DNA of 63,783 bases, the filler included, from Choristocarpus tenellus KU-1152 (Eukaryota; Protista; Phaeophyceae): NCBI GenBank assembly GCA_964200185.2. It is 14 parts of 14 records of this genome, joined end to end, with 100 filler letters (N's around TTAATTAATTAA, not from the genome) between each part and the next. Parts side by side here need not be neighbours in the genome. Positions count along the whole stretch, not along the records: positions 1 to 3,390 come from CAXNAD020020359.1; positions 3,491 to 6,592 come from CAXNAD020022306.1; positions 6,693 to 10,297 come from CAXNAD020019001.1; positions 10,398 to 15,875 come from CAXNAD020010654.1; 10 more parts are not named here. The stretch is one strand, 5' to 3'. The notes below the pieces were generated by a model that was not told the DNA's origin, made no database searches, and saw nothing but the letters and a program-made list of their open reading frames with translations. The position numbers were made by a program, and so were the translations under genes. Positions 1 to 12,295 of the stretch are shown in pieces. The number at the start of each line of letters is the position of its first letter. Position 1 is the first letter of the stretch.

Positions 1-758
1 GTTGTGGGTGCGTCTTGCACTGTGAGTGTGTGCTTGGTCGTGATTGGTGGTAGGTGGGGGGGGGAGGTGGTGGGTGAGAGACGGGCAGGGGGGGGGGGTG
101 TTGATGTGGTGCTCGGCAATCTCATTGAGAAGGGGGTGTCATGTGGTAGGAACACCAGGCGTCATGGAGTGTGGCAGGGGAGTGGAATGGTGGTGGGGTG
201 GGGGCATTGGGTGGTGGTCAGGTGGGGACAGGAGGATGGCTTGGAAAATGACGCACGGGGTGTCCAAGTTGGTGACAGTAGCTGCAGTGGAGAGCTCGAT
301 CAGTAGGGGTAAGGCTGGGGGGTCCCTGACTCTGATTTTAGTCTTGCAGAGGCGCATGAGACACTGGTTGGAATTATTGCCCCCTGCTGGAGTCCGTGGA
401 AGTCTTGTAGGTCTGTGGCAGGTAACAACGAGACTGCGTAACAGCTGGTCGTCAATTTCTTCGTACGGGATGGTAGGTGATCTTGTGGTGAATGTTTTTA
501 CCCGAGCTATATGTATTGGGCTTTACCTCAAGAAACCTTAACTGGATTAGTGCCTACATCAAAGTTTGGCGTTGGTATCAACGAGTTTCATGAACGGATC
601 GGGCATCTTCTCGAACAGATAACATGCAAGACTGCAGCAGTGCATGGAATGACGTGATTGGAAGTTGGGAACTGTGTGTTGGGCGCTCTCAGTCCAAAGC
701 TCATTGTACTGCAGTGCCATGGGGCGAGCAGGAAACTGGGGAGGGATATTTGCTGAAT

Positions 759-1016
759 GAGTCAAAGTATCTTAGAGGGTACAGCCGCGTCCATTTGGGG
801 GCCAAAGTCCAATGTTGCAATTTTGATGTAATTTTGGCAATTGTATTTGTTAGGAAGTGTCAATGTCGATGTTCTGGACACACCTTTTAATAACATACAC
901 ATTTTACCCACTCCGAAACACTTTGGAGAAGGAAAATGTATTAAAAATCCCATGGGAAGCCAAACCCCAAATGGACAAACAGGTCAAAACTCGTACCCTC
1001 TAAGTTACTTTCACTC
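759..1016. mobile_element. MITE family A (Sola2-like by inference), inserted in copia integrase
   Basis: TIRs GAGTCAAAGTATCTTAGAGGGTA / TACCCTCTAAGTTACTTTCACTC; flanks tgaat/tgat; removal gives ..IFADLTG.. Confidence 0.9.
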
Positions 1017-1960
1017 TGATCTGACTGGGTCTAAGCCAGTCCGAAGCCTTGGGGGCTGCTACTATTCCATGATGACCATGAACAACTTTATGAAAATGAA
1101 GTGAACGCAGTTCCTGACCAAGAAGGATGGTGTGCGGCTGGTACACTGGAAGATTTCATCTCAGACGTGGTGGTTCTGAGTGGACTAAAGTTTAGGGGTA
1201 TTTGAAGCACTTGAGGGAGGAGAGTTCGTAAGTTAGACTTTCCAGGACATGCTAAGGAAGCATGGGATTCATCGTGAGTTCAAGGTGCTTCTACCCCAGA
1301 ATACAATGGCGTAGCAGAACAAGCTTAGGATCTGATTGCTTAGAAAGCCATGGCCAAGATGATTTGTGGAGAATTTCAAGGCAGACTCAATTTGTGGACT
1401 GAAGCTCAGAATTATGCATACCATCTCAGCAATTTATGTGTCGCTTGCGCTACTGAAGATTGGATTTCACCATAAGAGCTCTGGCATGGAGGACGGGGGA
1501 AGGTAGATGGACTGCTGAGTTTTGGGATTGTGGGTTACATATGGGTGACCAAACGCAAAAGAAAGTAGTGGTACAAGGAGGATTGAAGTCCTTGCTGATG
1601 AGATTAGTTGAGCATGTCTCGAGTGGATTGTGGCAAGTTCTACAAGAGAGGTCAAACCACTTGTTGATCCGACAGTCTATGACATGCCACACACTTTCCC
1701 CTTTATTGTCTCATGATGATACAAATTGTAACTAAGGAGCCCAAATTGTTGCAGGATTTACGTTAGACGTTGTTTGAGGAGTTAGAGAATGTTAGCGAGA
1801 AGACCGTGTTCTGGAAGAAATCTCGCGAAGCTGCAAAGCAGGGGAAGGGGTCTTGCGATGTGTTGCGCGGTTGAATGCTGGGCAGATTTTCTGCCAACAC
1901 CCAACTAACTCTCTTGCACGAGAATCTTGGTGTTGAAAGGTGGCTCGTCAGAGAACCATC

Positions 1961-2219
1961 GACCCAAAGTATTTAAGAGGGTAGGAGTTTTGTCCTGGTT
2001 GTCCATTTGGGGCTTGGCTTCCCACGGTTTTTTATTCCCTTTTTTGGTTTTCTGTGTGAAACTAGTTACCTAAAATGATTACGACTATGAAAGGTGCGTT
2101 CGGAGCAAGGATATTGACACTTGCTAACAAACATGATAGCCAAAGTTCATCAAAATCGCAACTTTGGATTCATAAATCTGAACGGAACCACAGCTCTACT
2201 CCATTATATGCTTTGACTC
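1961..2219. mobile_element. MITE subfamily A2
   Basis: GACCCAAAGTATTTAAGAGGGTAGG...ATGCTTTGACTC; colinear with 23914-24170; lacks the central palindrome of family A. Confidence 0.8.
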
Positions 2220-2580
2220 GAAACCCAACCAATGGGCAGAGGACAAAGCACATAGATGTAAGGCATCATTTCCTTAGACGGTTGGTAAAGGAGAAGATTA
2301 TAGAGGTTGTGCATGTAGCATCAGAGCAGGAACAACATGCACATTTTCCCACGAAGCCTTCAAACCAGAAGCGCTTCTTGTATCATGTGAGGACTGTGAT
2401 GAATTCGTGATAATTATCCTTGATGATGATGAGGGTGAGAAGTTGGAGTGGTTCTATCCTGTTTGAAACTTGGTCATTTTGTGGCTATAAACTGACTTGG
2501 GCTAGAGACTGACATATGAAGTGAATTATGGGGAATCAAGGATGTGTGTTACAGTGTGGTAGCAAGCGGTGCATGCACAG

Positions 2581-3057
2581 TAAGAGAGGATGTTCGCATA
2601 GGGACACACCTTGTAGTACTGTACACACTCAATGTTGATATTTTGGTATACATGAAGTAAGAAATGTCTATGTAGGAAGATAGTGTGACGAGGATGATTC
2701 ATGAGTGATCGAGAGGAATATTAGCATATCGTGATGTTCAAGGACAAATATTGTTTGGTAATTTCTTAGAGAGTTTACTAGGAAGATTATGGAGGACATG
2801 TTGAAACCTGAATTGAATGCATCGTACATGTAGCAAAATGCGTACACTACGAGCGATGAGGAATACTAGTGTTGCAAAGCATCGATGAGTGATATGCATA
2901 GTCTATGTTATGGATAGATATGATTGTACTGCAAAGCACCAATGTGTTTATTCTGTTGTAACTGAGGTCATTGATCTCTCAGTCAAGAATGATAAGATGT
3001 GAATTCAGTATTCTTGGTTGCTAAATCCAGCATGATGTGATGTGAATTCAGTGTTCT
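2581..3057 (+). mobile_element. Putative polypurine tract and 3' LTR of the copia element
   Basis: AAGAGAGGA followed directly by TG at 2591, about 180 nt after the RNase H stop. The LTR end could not be defined. Confidence 0.35.
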
Positions 3058-3293
3058 NNNNNNNNNNGTCCATGCTCTGTGGAGAGGTTTGTTACCTTGT
3101 CTGGCAAGGGTTTCCGCGGATGGTTTTAACTCTGATTATATTACATCCATGTGTGCATTTGGTACACTTTTTGCGGAGTGAGCTTTGGTGCATTGTGAGA
3201 GATGAATGGAAGCCACGAAAGAATAATAATCAACAATCAACGTACAACTGTCATCTTCTGCTGATAAGAGGAAGAAAAAGTGAAGAAAAAACA

Positions 3294-3338
3294 AACAAGA
3301 GAACAAGAGAACAAGAGAACAAGAGAACAAGAGAACAA
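3294..3338. repeat. 8-bp tandem repeat (ACAAGAGA)n
   Basis: About 5.5 perfect units abutting a family-B MITE end. Confidence 0.9.
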
Positions 3339-3390
3339 GACCCAAAGTATCTGGGAGGGGAAGGGGGGTCTACACCAGGGTGTCTATTTG
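3339..3390. mobile_element. MITE family B end, truncated by contig break
   Basis: GACCCAAAGTATCTGGGAGGGG..GGTCTACACCAGGGTGTCTATTTG matches the complete copy at 62766-62946. Confidence 0.85.
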
Positions 3391-3490
3391 NNNNNNNNNN
3401 NNNNNNNNNNNNNNNNNNNNNNNNNNNNNNNNNNTTAATTAATTAANNNNNNNNNNNNNNNNNNNNNNNNNNNNNNNNNNNNNNNNNNNN
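3391..3490. other. Artificial contig-joining spacer (first of 13)
   Basis: N-run + TTAATTAATTAA (stop codons in all six frames) + N-run, 100 nt. Others at 6593, 10298, 15876, 20234, 25034, 29729, 35728, 40613, 46474, 50622, 53736 and 57859. Confidence 0.97.
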
Positions 3491-3692
3491 CTCTACAAAA
3501 AGTACCGTAATATTTGAACAAAAACATATGCAGACCATTAAAAGGTGCCGAAAACAAGGTCATAAAAGGGGCCCTTCCAAGTGCAAATACAGTCGCATAA
3601 AAAAACCTCAGGGTACTTTTTTAAGACCGTTTTCGCAAAACAACCTTCCTCGTAGTCCCGCTCCATCCCCAATTTTGAAAATCCTCTGTTAT
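3491..3692. mobile_element. Repeat family D end (probable DNA-transposon terminus)
   Basis: Homologous to 10398-10484; ends GCTCCATCC(C/T)CAATTTTG..CTGTTA. Confidence 0.65.
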
Positions 3693-4274
3693 ATCTTAGC
3701 ATATTTTTGTTTCTTATTGTTTTGGTACACCATTTTTTATTATTATTACTTGGGAAGGTACAGATTGAGGAAGCTGGTTTGTTCATCCCAGAAGTCCAGT
3801 AAATGAAATTGGAGTATGTATTCCGTACTCTGTGGTAGAGAATACAATTTGCAGTTAGTGAGACCAAAAATTGTTTCATGACTTTTTTTTTACTCTTTCT
3901 TATTCTCCTTCACCCTAACCCTAACACAGTATAGGGTAAGAGAGTTGGTCTCTATTGCTTGCTAGCCCTTGTCATACCGTTGAGATTTCCAACCGCCTTC
4001 CATGATCTGCAAACCAGAAGTTTTAATCTCATAACGTATGTGTATGAATGTGTGTATGCAAACATATGTTTGTATGTATGTATATACCCTTCAGACCTCC
4101 TATGCCATTTGAAACATAAACAAACCCTTGTTTACTTTCAAATACTCTCACTAGCAAAAGGGAGGCATTCCATTACCTCATTTTTATGTAGTCTCATTTT
4201 TTGACAAGAGATGCTTCCAAGTAGAAGACCATTTATTTCATCTCATATTGGACCAAAACAGAGGACGTTTTTGT

Positions 4275-4756
4275 TCTATCCAATAGGTGTGTTCTCAGGT
4301 ACCAATCCTAACCCTAACCCTAATTCTCCGCCTCCTGTGACTCGTGGAAAACTAACACTCAATCATGCATCACCTTGGAAGTCTCCTGTACATAGCCAAA
4401 AACTGAAACTGTGCAATGGAATTGTTTGAATGAATGTTTAAATACATCTTTGAATAGAGGAACCGAAATGCAGCAGGCTTTTGGAGATGAATATTTCGTG
4501 CCCCCCCTGCAACATCCCGTACAATTTCAAGTACGGGGAAGGAAGTACCCCCAGTTCTTGGATCGGATGTACCGCTCACTGAATTGGAGGTGGTGAGTGG
4601 GGCTTATCCATATCCCGTGTACTCCGGGGCAGAATGCATCCCTAACCCTAGTAGTTGTTACTGTCTTTTGTGTGTTGTACTACTGTAGACCGTATGCAAT
4701 ATAGAAAAGATTAGGGTTAGGGTTAGGGTTAGGGACCTCCTCCCTTATGGATAGGA
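4275..4756. repeat. Imperfect inverted repeat with telomeric hexamers in both arms
   Basis: Left arm TCTATCCAATAGG..AGGTACCAATCCTAACCCTAACCCTAAT (4275-4324); right arm A(TTAGGG)4ACCT..CCTTATGGATAGGA (4710-4756). Confidence 0.5.
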
Positions 4757-4842
4757 CTCACTCTTCACTGTGACTTAATAAAGCATATTCTACATCATCA
4801 TCTTCTTCTTGTGGTAAAGCAGTACACTCTTTGGTAGTGTGC

Positions 4843-5848
4843 GAACACCCAGCGTTCCAGTAAATACCACCCCAAGGGCACCAAGGTGCTTGTGCCAGCC
4901 ATGGTAGACGGATAGAGTTACATGAAGCTCATGATCAGGGATGTCATCCCAGCAATCAAGGCTCACATGCCTAGGCCGGAAGGTCACACCATCTTTGTGC
5001 AACAGGATGGGGCAAGGCCACACACCAAGGGAGGGACCATTGAGGCTATCGAGGAGATCTCGGGGGATGGCATTTTTCATGGAGACTCATCCAGCCAACT
5101 CACCTGACCTCAATGTCAACAACCTGGATTTATTTCATTCCATCCTGCAACTGGAAGGAAGAGGTGGAGTGAAAGCATCTTAGAGGGTACGAGCTTTGCC
5201 CTGTTTGTCTGTTTGGGGCTTGGCTTCCCACGGGTTCTTCATGACATTTTACCTACTCCAAAAACTTTTGTATTACATAGAATGTACACGTTATGAAAAG
5301 GTGTGTCTAGAGCAAGGATATTGACACTTCCTAACAAATACGATAGCCAAAACTACATCAAAATCGCAACATCGGATTTTGGCCTCCAAACGGACGTGGC
5401 TCTACCCTCTAAGATACTTTGACTCGGTGGGGGTGACCAACACAGAGGAGATGGTGGAAGTCACAATGGAGGCATTCGATTTGTACTCCCAGGAGACAGT
5501 AGACCACGTCTGGCAGAGCCTCTTCACCGTCTACAGTGACGTGGTGGGGTCCAAAGGTGACAGAATCTTCCACCCATCTTGACCAGGGAAAGTCTGAGAA
5601 GACAGACAAGCCCCCCCCAAATGCCCTGGTGGATGCGGCGAAAACCTGTGCTGGAATGGAGTTTTGGAGGGCTTTGGGGGTGGAATTACAGATAGGTTCA
5701 GGCTGCCCCATTTTGCTTGAGATTTTGATGGGCAACTTTTTAGTGTCTACACAATACACCTAGAAAATACAAACATGTGAAAATATTCTTGCTTCTTTCA
5801 TCGGGGCTGCAAAATTTGTGGTAGATTTAATTCCGAACAAAGGAAGTA
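4843..5848 (+). mobile_element. Tc1/mariner (plant-type, DD39D-related) transposase pseudogene with 3' TIR, copy 1
   Basis: IKAHMPRPEGHTIFVQQDGARPH..HPANSPDLNVNNLDLFHSI; frameshifted and split by a MITE A; ends TAATTCCGAACAAAGGAAG|TA. Confidence 0.88.
5167..5425. mobile_element. MITE family A inside the mariner transposase
   Basis: Full TIRs and perfect 4-bp TSD GGTG; the empty site is visible in mariner copy 2 (about 7178-7200). Confidence 0.95.
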
Positions 5849-6469
5849 TAAATAGGCATAGCATGAATGAGGTCCTTCAGTGTGATGGTGAGCGTTGTTA
5901 GTGGTCTGTTCTTGGTGACAAAGAAAAGTAGTGGATTTTTATTAAGCAGTGGCTCGAAATGTGACCGATTTATATCACCCTAATTTTTTTTTTTGTAACA
6001 ATACATATATGTTGCAAATGGTGAAGTTGGCAACACTTATCTTTTTCAATGGGACCCCTGTACTTCTGGGCAAGAAACGTTTCCATGACTTCACCAACAG
6101 GTAATATTTAATTTAGATATTACACTTCTCCTTACAATTGAGATCTACATGGTGTTCAAGAGATTGAATAATTTCCATTGTAGTTTTTGTCATGTACATT
6201 TGTTTGCACACCATTTTTTTCGAGCACAGTAATTCTCTTTTTTGTTGATTGTTAGGGAAAGGAGGAGGGAGAAGCTCCATCCTAGCTATAGTTACATATA
6301 TAAATATAGATAGATAGATATCGTCATAAGATAAAGGAGGTAGCTCAGTCTTTTTTGAGACTGGTGCCTCTTTGGAGTGAGTGATACTTTGGTATCACGG
6401 TGATACTTGCTTCAATGTTCATGTTGATTAATGCGAAAGGCTAGCACTGAGTACATTTATTTTATATAT

Positions 6470-6592
6470 TGTGTCCATTCGGGCCCTGACCAGGAAAATG
6501 CACTTACATTATCCACCTGAAACACACAACCAAATCACCCAAAATTCGCGACTTGGAAAAATGGGTCCCGATTGGACTGCCCCACCCCTCCC
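6470..6592. mobile_element. MITE family B fragment at contig end
   Basis: CCAGGAAAATGCACTTACATTATCC..CAACCAAATCACCCAAAATTCGCGAC matches the family-B core. Confidence 0.8.
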
Positions 6593-6772
6593 NNNNNNNN
6601 NNNNNNNNNNNNNNNNNNNNNNNNNNNNNNNNNNNNTTAATTAATTAANNNNNNNNNNNNNNNNNNNNNNNNNNNNNNNNNNNNNNNNNNNNATCCTTGG
6701 TTGGTATATATTCAGTAGTATCTATAACTTTTCCGGCGCTATCTGCGGTATCAGTTTTTGGCGTTATATTAC

Positions 6773-7612
6773 GAAGGTGATGCTCCTTGCAGTTGTGGCA
6801 TGCCCTAGGAAGTCCTCCAACGAGGTGCGGTTCAATGAGAGAATCGTGATGTGCCCAATCGTGGACACCAAGGCCGCTCATCTCTCCAGCAAACACCTCC
6901 CCAGGGGCAGCATGGTGCTTGCGCTAGCCACAGTGGCTGGGGAGAGGTATAAGAATCTCATGATCGAGTATGTTACCCTGGCAATCAAGGCCTGCATGCC
7001 TAGACTGAAAGGACACACCATCTTCGTACAGGACAGGGGAAAGCCACACACCAAGGGGGGGATCATGGGGGCAATCAAGGAGGCGGCGGAGGACGACATT
7101 GTCATGGAAACCCAGCCAGACAACCTACCTGACCTCAGTGTCAAACACCTGTTTCTTTCATTTCATCCAGCAACAGAAGGAAGACGTGGGGATGACCAAC
7201 ATAGGGAGTGGTGGAGGCCACAATGAAGGCGTTCGATGCGTAACCTTGGGAGACTCTAGAGCGCGTCTGGCAGAGCCTCTTCGCAGTCCACAGTGAAGTT
7301 CTGGGGTCGAAAGGTGACAACATCTTCAAAAATTCCCTATCTTAGCAACGAATAGACTGAGAAAGTAAACAACCTCCCCACAAACGCCCCAGTGGATGCA
7401 GCCAAATACCATGCTAGAATAGAGTTTTGGAGGGCTTCGGGGGCGGAATGATATAGATAGGTGTAGGCTGCCTCATTTTACTTGAGATTTTGGTGGGCAC
7501 CTTTTAGTGCCTGCACAATACACTAATAAATTATGAGCATGTGAAACAAAATCTCACGTCTTCGTCAGGGCTGCAAAAGTACTGTTACATTTAATTCCGA
7601 ACGGAGGAATTA
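6773..7612 (+). mobile_element. Tc1/mariner (plant-type) transposase pseudogene with 3' TIR, copy 2
   Basis: KVMLLAVVACPR..IKACMPRLKGHTIFVQDRGKPH..QPDNLPDL; colinear with copy 1; ends TAATTCCGAACGGAGGAAT|TA. Confidence 0.88.
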
Positions 7613-7995
7613 TATGGTTTCTTGCTTCAATCCAAATCAACGCATTGTTTGCTGCTAGTGCTGTTTCATCTAATTGAAAGAAATGCTCCTGGTCCTGATT
7701 GGTGGGTAAAGGAGGGGGTGACTATTGGTTGTAGTGGGTTGTTTAATTCTCCTAAGTATTTTTTTTACGTATATATTTTGTGCATGGCAAAGATGAACAT
7801 ATATATACACAATGAGTAGAGAGCTGCAGTGAACAGGGGAACCCCCCTGTCTTCGGGAACCCCCACTGTACGTTTTTTCACTTTTTCGAATGCATTTTTG
7901 AAAACCTAATCCTATCTTGTGTGTGAAAATCTCCCTAACCAGCCAAGAAAACATTCTAGAAATGGTGGAGGAGTATAGTGTACTCCTGTGTCTCA

Positions 7996-8242
7996 GAGTG
8001 AAAGCATCTTAGGGGGAACGAGTTATTCCGTTAGGGCTTGGCTTCTCATGGATTTTTGATGGCATTTTCCTCCTCCGAAATGTTTTAGAGTAGGTAAAAT
8101 GTATACGTCATGAAGAAGTGTGTCCGGAACAAGGATATTGACACTTCCTAACAAACATGATAGTTAAAAATTACATCAAATCAGAACATTGGATTTTCGC
8201 CCCGAAATGGATGCAGCTCTACCCTCTAAGATAATTTGACTC
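7996..8242. mobile_element. MITE family A
   Basis: GAGTGAAAGCATCTTAGGGG...TACCCTCTAAGATAATTTGACTC; flanks share tca. Confidence 0.9.
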
Positions 8243-8616
8243 TCACTTGCAACAACCATGATGGGCTACTGCCAACTTTCCTTAACCAGGATGAGGTACT
8301 TCTTCATTCCACTCACACATTCAGAGGTGTGCGTAGGTAACAAGGGGGGCTGTGTTGGGGGGAATAGAGGAGAAAACGTCACCTAGGTAGCAGCCATGGT
8401 GCTCCAACAGCACCAGGAGGTAGGCGGTAGCGAGGGAATGTTTAGGGAGATCTATGCCTGCCTGTGCAGAAAAGATGAGTTAGCTATATGTGAATGTGCA
8501 ACTGTGGGTTCTGTGTGTAACTTAAAGTGTTTAGCAGGGAATTCTAAGCTATTGTAGGCTTCACAAGCCAGGACCCTGCCAGAAAACCTAAGGTCGAAGA
8601 GATCATGTAATGAACC

Positions 8617-9575
8617 GACCATCCCAACAAAAAATTGGCAGATTTGTTCGTTTCAAGGTAAGAAGGGAAGGGGGGGGGGTGTCTGGCGATAGATATATAG
8701 AAATATCCACCGCTTCGTGTCTAGTGATTGCTATTGCTGTACTATACTTCCCATTACTCGTTTTCATACTCGTTTTCATACTCGTTTTCACCATTACTTC
8801 ATCTTTTTTGCCGTGTTTTCAGGAGGGTTCCCCCACATATATTCTTAACTGCTCTAGCAACAACCATGCATACTTGTTTTGAGGAATTCTTATGTGCATC
8901 ACCTCTCGCCTCTTCCGTTACTGGAGACAGAAGACGCACTCACCCAAAACCAGATCCACAACCTTCAGCAATGATAGTCTCTGTTTAGCATGTCAAAACA
9001 CAAAGTATCACCCGTGCTCCATGAGGGAATAATAAACTCGAAACCATGCAAAATAAGTGGATAAGGTATCTTAGATTTAAGGGGTGTGCGGTAAATATAT
9101 TGGATATTTCCTCCGCTTCCTTCTGAAATGTCTTCTGCTGAAGGAACAAGTATACAATAAGCGTCCAGTACGGTGACTGCTGGATTCCTTGTGAAGAATG
9201 GGAGTGGTAGCACCTTTCAATTATCACGATCTGTCAAGAAAAATTGAAGTCAATACAAGCTGAACAGAAAGGTTTCTCACTAGTCATCTCTCCGCAAGGA
9301 AGGAAGGGCAGGAGATGTATAATTTGTGCCACGTATCCATACTTCGTATACTCCAGAAAAATATAACGAGGTAAGCCTAACCCGTAAAATAATAAAGGCA
9401 TCACAGACCAGAGACCTGTTAGGAGGGCATAAAAACAAATCACATTATGGACCATCCATGCCCTTAATAATTTGCCAAAATTGTTGGGCAGAAAGATAGA
9501 AGGAAAGGGGAGGGGCGTCTAACGATAGTTGCAAATAAATATCCACCGGTTCTTGTGTACCTAAACCTACTGTAT
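8617..9575. repeat. Pair of diverged direct repeats (about 8617-8740 and 9450-9575)
   Basis: Both read GACCATCC..AAGAAGG(G)AAGGGG..GTCT..CGATAG....AAATATCCACCG.TTC.TGT. Confidence 0.55.
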
Positions 9576-10235
9576 TAATTGTTATTTCTTGTTCATAATG
9601 CTAAGAGAACAGCTAAACTAGCTGTGACTAAATTGACATAGATGTGGGGTTTGTGTTACCCCGTAAGGTAACACAAAATAATATTATACTAACAATATAT
9701 CCTTTACCTCACGCTTACAGTTATATCAAAGAGAGAAGCTTTTTCACACCATTCAGAGCACGAAAGTAGTGAGTTGATGTAAGAACCAGGGTCGGGCCAG
9801 AAACTTCTACAAAGTGCTCTAACTTGCACTATCATTTTAGGGAGTGTGAGAGGTAGGAAAGTCCGCCAAGAATTAGATCTCGAATGGATGTTTTTAGAGT
9901 GGATACTGCAACAGGGATGGGTGGGCACACTTGCATTTTTTTCAGTTAACTAACTTTCCAGGGAATGAAGTCATATTGATGAAATAGGTGTCAGGCTAGG
10001 TAGGGTGGAGGTAGCAGAGAAGTTCCAGATATAAACTGAGAAAAACATTTTTAACAATATTTTCTGGCGTCTGGCGCATCTCTGCAGCATCTGGATAGTT
10101 ATGGCAGAATCAACACATAATTATACTATTGATTGCACATTAGTTGCGGGGATGATCCTGACCCATTGTTGTTGATAACTACAACTAATTGTACTGGCTA
10201 AGTCCCTGCCTTAATTCTGGACCTGTCTCACACAG

Positions 10236-10297
10236 GGCTCAAAGTATCTGGGGGGGGGGGGGGGGGGCTCCGCACCCAGAGAGCAACCCGGGCCATG
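10236..10297. mobile_element. MITE family B-type end at contig break
   Basis: GGCTCAAAGTATCT followed by a long G-run. Confidence 0.75.
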
Positions 10298-10397
10298 NNN
10301 NNNNNNNNNNNNNNNNNNNNNNNNNNNNNNNNNNNNNNNNNTTAATTAATTAANNNNNNNNNNNNNNNNNNNNNNNNNNNNNNNNNNNNNNNNNNNN

Positions 10398-10484
10398 CCT
10401 TTCGGTACTTTTTTAAGACCGTTTTCGGAAAACAACCATCCTCGTAGTCCCGCTCCATCCTCAATTTTGCGAATCCACTGTTAT
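10398..10484. mobile_element. Repeat family D end, second copy
   Basis: Near-identical to 3608-3692. Confidence 0.65.
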
Positions 10485-12295
10485 ATATAGCTCCAATCGC
10501 AAAACCTCAAAACGACACTACGGGGGAGGGTATTTCCACAGTTGATAGCCACGTGCGGGTGTCAGCCACTCTTCTCTTGATGCTTCACTTAGTGTTTAGC
10601 TCAAAGAAAGGTTGACCTAATGTTTTGATCGAGAAATACAGAGCGAGCAAGAGATACTTTGACGGCTTTCAAAGTATTCTTATATTTGTATCATCCACCC
10701 GATTTCTACAGACTACAAGTTGAAAGACATCTGCCAGGTGTTGTATACATACTCAAATTACAAATCTTCTCTGCAACTTCTAAGAAATTGACATTTATTC
10801 TGTAAGGTCACCTGTTTGTTACAAATCTCGTATACCTCTCGCGCTTGCTAGTACACGAGAAGAAATGCTCCCGCTATTCGCCTGTAACAATACATGTACG
10901 TACTTCGTTCCTCATGAAATTGTGGTCAGCATTTCATGTATCCCCACACCCTAAATCATGCCCTCATTCCCATGTTTCCTGCCCTGTACTACAAAGATAC
11001 ATTATATGAAGGCCTGATGGTGGATTGTACTGTTGATACACTATAGATACCACTGGTGGAGTAGATAATAGGATGGAGAGTCAGTGATGGATGTAACAGA
11101 TGATGTATTGACTCATTGATGTCCACTGATTTGCGTTATGATCTAAATATACTCGTCATACTGAAGACAAGCAAATGAGTGATAGTAAGTTATTGTAAAA
11201 GATTGCAAACCCCCTACAATAGGAAGAGTGATGGGTGTTGAAACACTAGTAAACCCCTGCTGACTGTCTGCTCGGTAGCTCAGGGGTTTACTAGTGTTTC
11301 TACAATGGGTGCCACCAGCTGTGAGCCCCATATGTTCAGTCAATGGAAGTAAGAACATGAGCCCCTTATAACACTAACACTATGTATTCTCACCAACACA
11401 CCTCTAACAGGCACACGATTGACAATCTTAGCAGTGGGTCCAGTATGGAATACTTCAACAAACTATAGTGAACCGTTTATTCCTAGGATGTTGTGCTGAG
11501 TGACAAAGGTGGATGCTGAGTAGTACCAGCGTTTACTATGTCTCCACCAGCACTACTAAGGTCACCAACCTCCAAATGTTCGCTGAAAATTATAGAGAGG
11601 TTTTCTTCGGTTTAGATGTTCATGCTTAGGTCACCCTAACTGTTTGTAACTGAGACCTTGCCCTCAGTGACCCCAACATAATCTGTGGGGGCTAACTTTG
11701 AAGGTGAAGCCAAGGCAGGGACCAGAAGTGGCAAATTCAACTGATCTACAGCTCGACCCTGTTGTATGGTAACCCCTCAATACAAGCCAGTGCGAAAGGG
11801 AAGATCACAAACAAAGTATATTCCCAGCACTGGTGAGCATACCTAGGTCAAGAGATTTTGTGGAATGTATGTCGTTACATTCCACTTCAATGTCCAATAT
11901 CTCTGCCACCTCGATCAACATCAGTTCCGCCAATACACAGAGCTGGAGGAACGTTACCAGGATGGTTAACCCCCCGAACCAATCTGCTGCTGTTTCACGG
12001 GGTGCAATTGTAGGGGGTTTAGGGATAGCCCCTTCCGCACCAGCGGGATGGGCAGCTTTACCCTAACCAGTCACTGTTTGCAGGGGCCCAGCAACCACAA
12101 AGGCACCTACTCTCACTACATTGGGGGATGGAAGCAGAAGGTGTGAGTGGAAGGATCAGGCTTTCTATGGCAGGAGTTTATTTCTTCCCGTATCAATAGG
12201 GGCCAGGGCACTCATGCCATGGTGTCATGGGAGGAGGGTATGCACCGGCAATAGGTCCTATACCGCCACCCTTTCTACAACTTATGCACAATAGT

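Larger units (their letters stand above)
560..2410 (+). mobile_element. Degenerate Ty1/copia LTR retrotransposon pol remnant (pre-integrase, integrase, RNase H; RT largely deleted)
   Basis: INEFHERIGH (pre-integrase) near 580-605; DLTGSKPVRSLGGCYYSMMTMNNF (copia integrase N-terminus) after 1017; NPTNGQRTKHIDVRHHFLRRLVKEKIIEVVHVASEQ..FPTKP (copia RNase H) at 2220-2410. Stops, frameshifts and two MITE insertions. Confidence 0.85.

Noticed and set aside
4-541. Gly/Val/Trp-rich ORFs at window start and at 29482-29784
   Set aside because: Products of G/T-rich low-complexity DNA with no domain signal.
841-1104. Many short ORFs with recurring peptides such as GPQMD..PSKIL and TRILTLPNKHDSQNY
   Set aside because: These are chance translations of the family-A MITE, and frames are not preserved between copies.
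3435-3446. Regularly recurring TTAATTAATTAA palindrome
   Set aside because: Always centred in a 100-nt N block. It is an artificial six-frame-stop linker, not biology.
11400-11950. Possible gypsy protease remnant on the minus strand
   Set aside because: The catalytic motif is too degraded to support a call.
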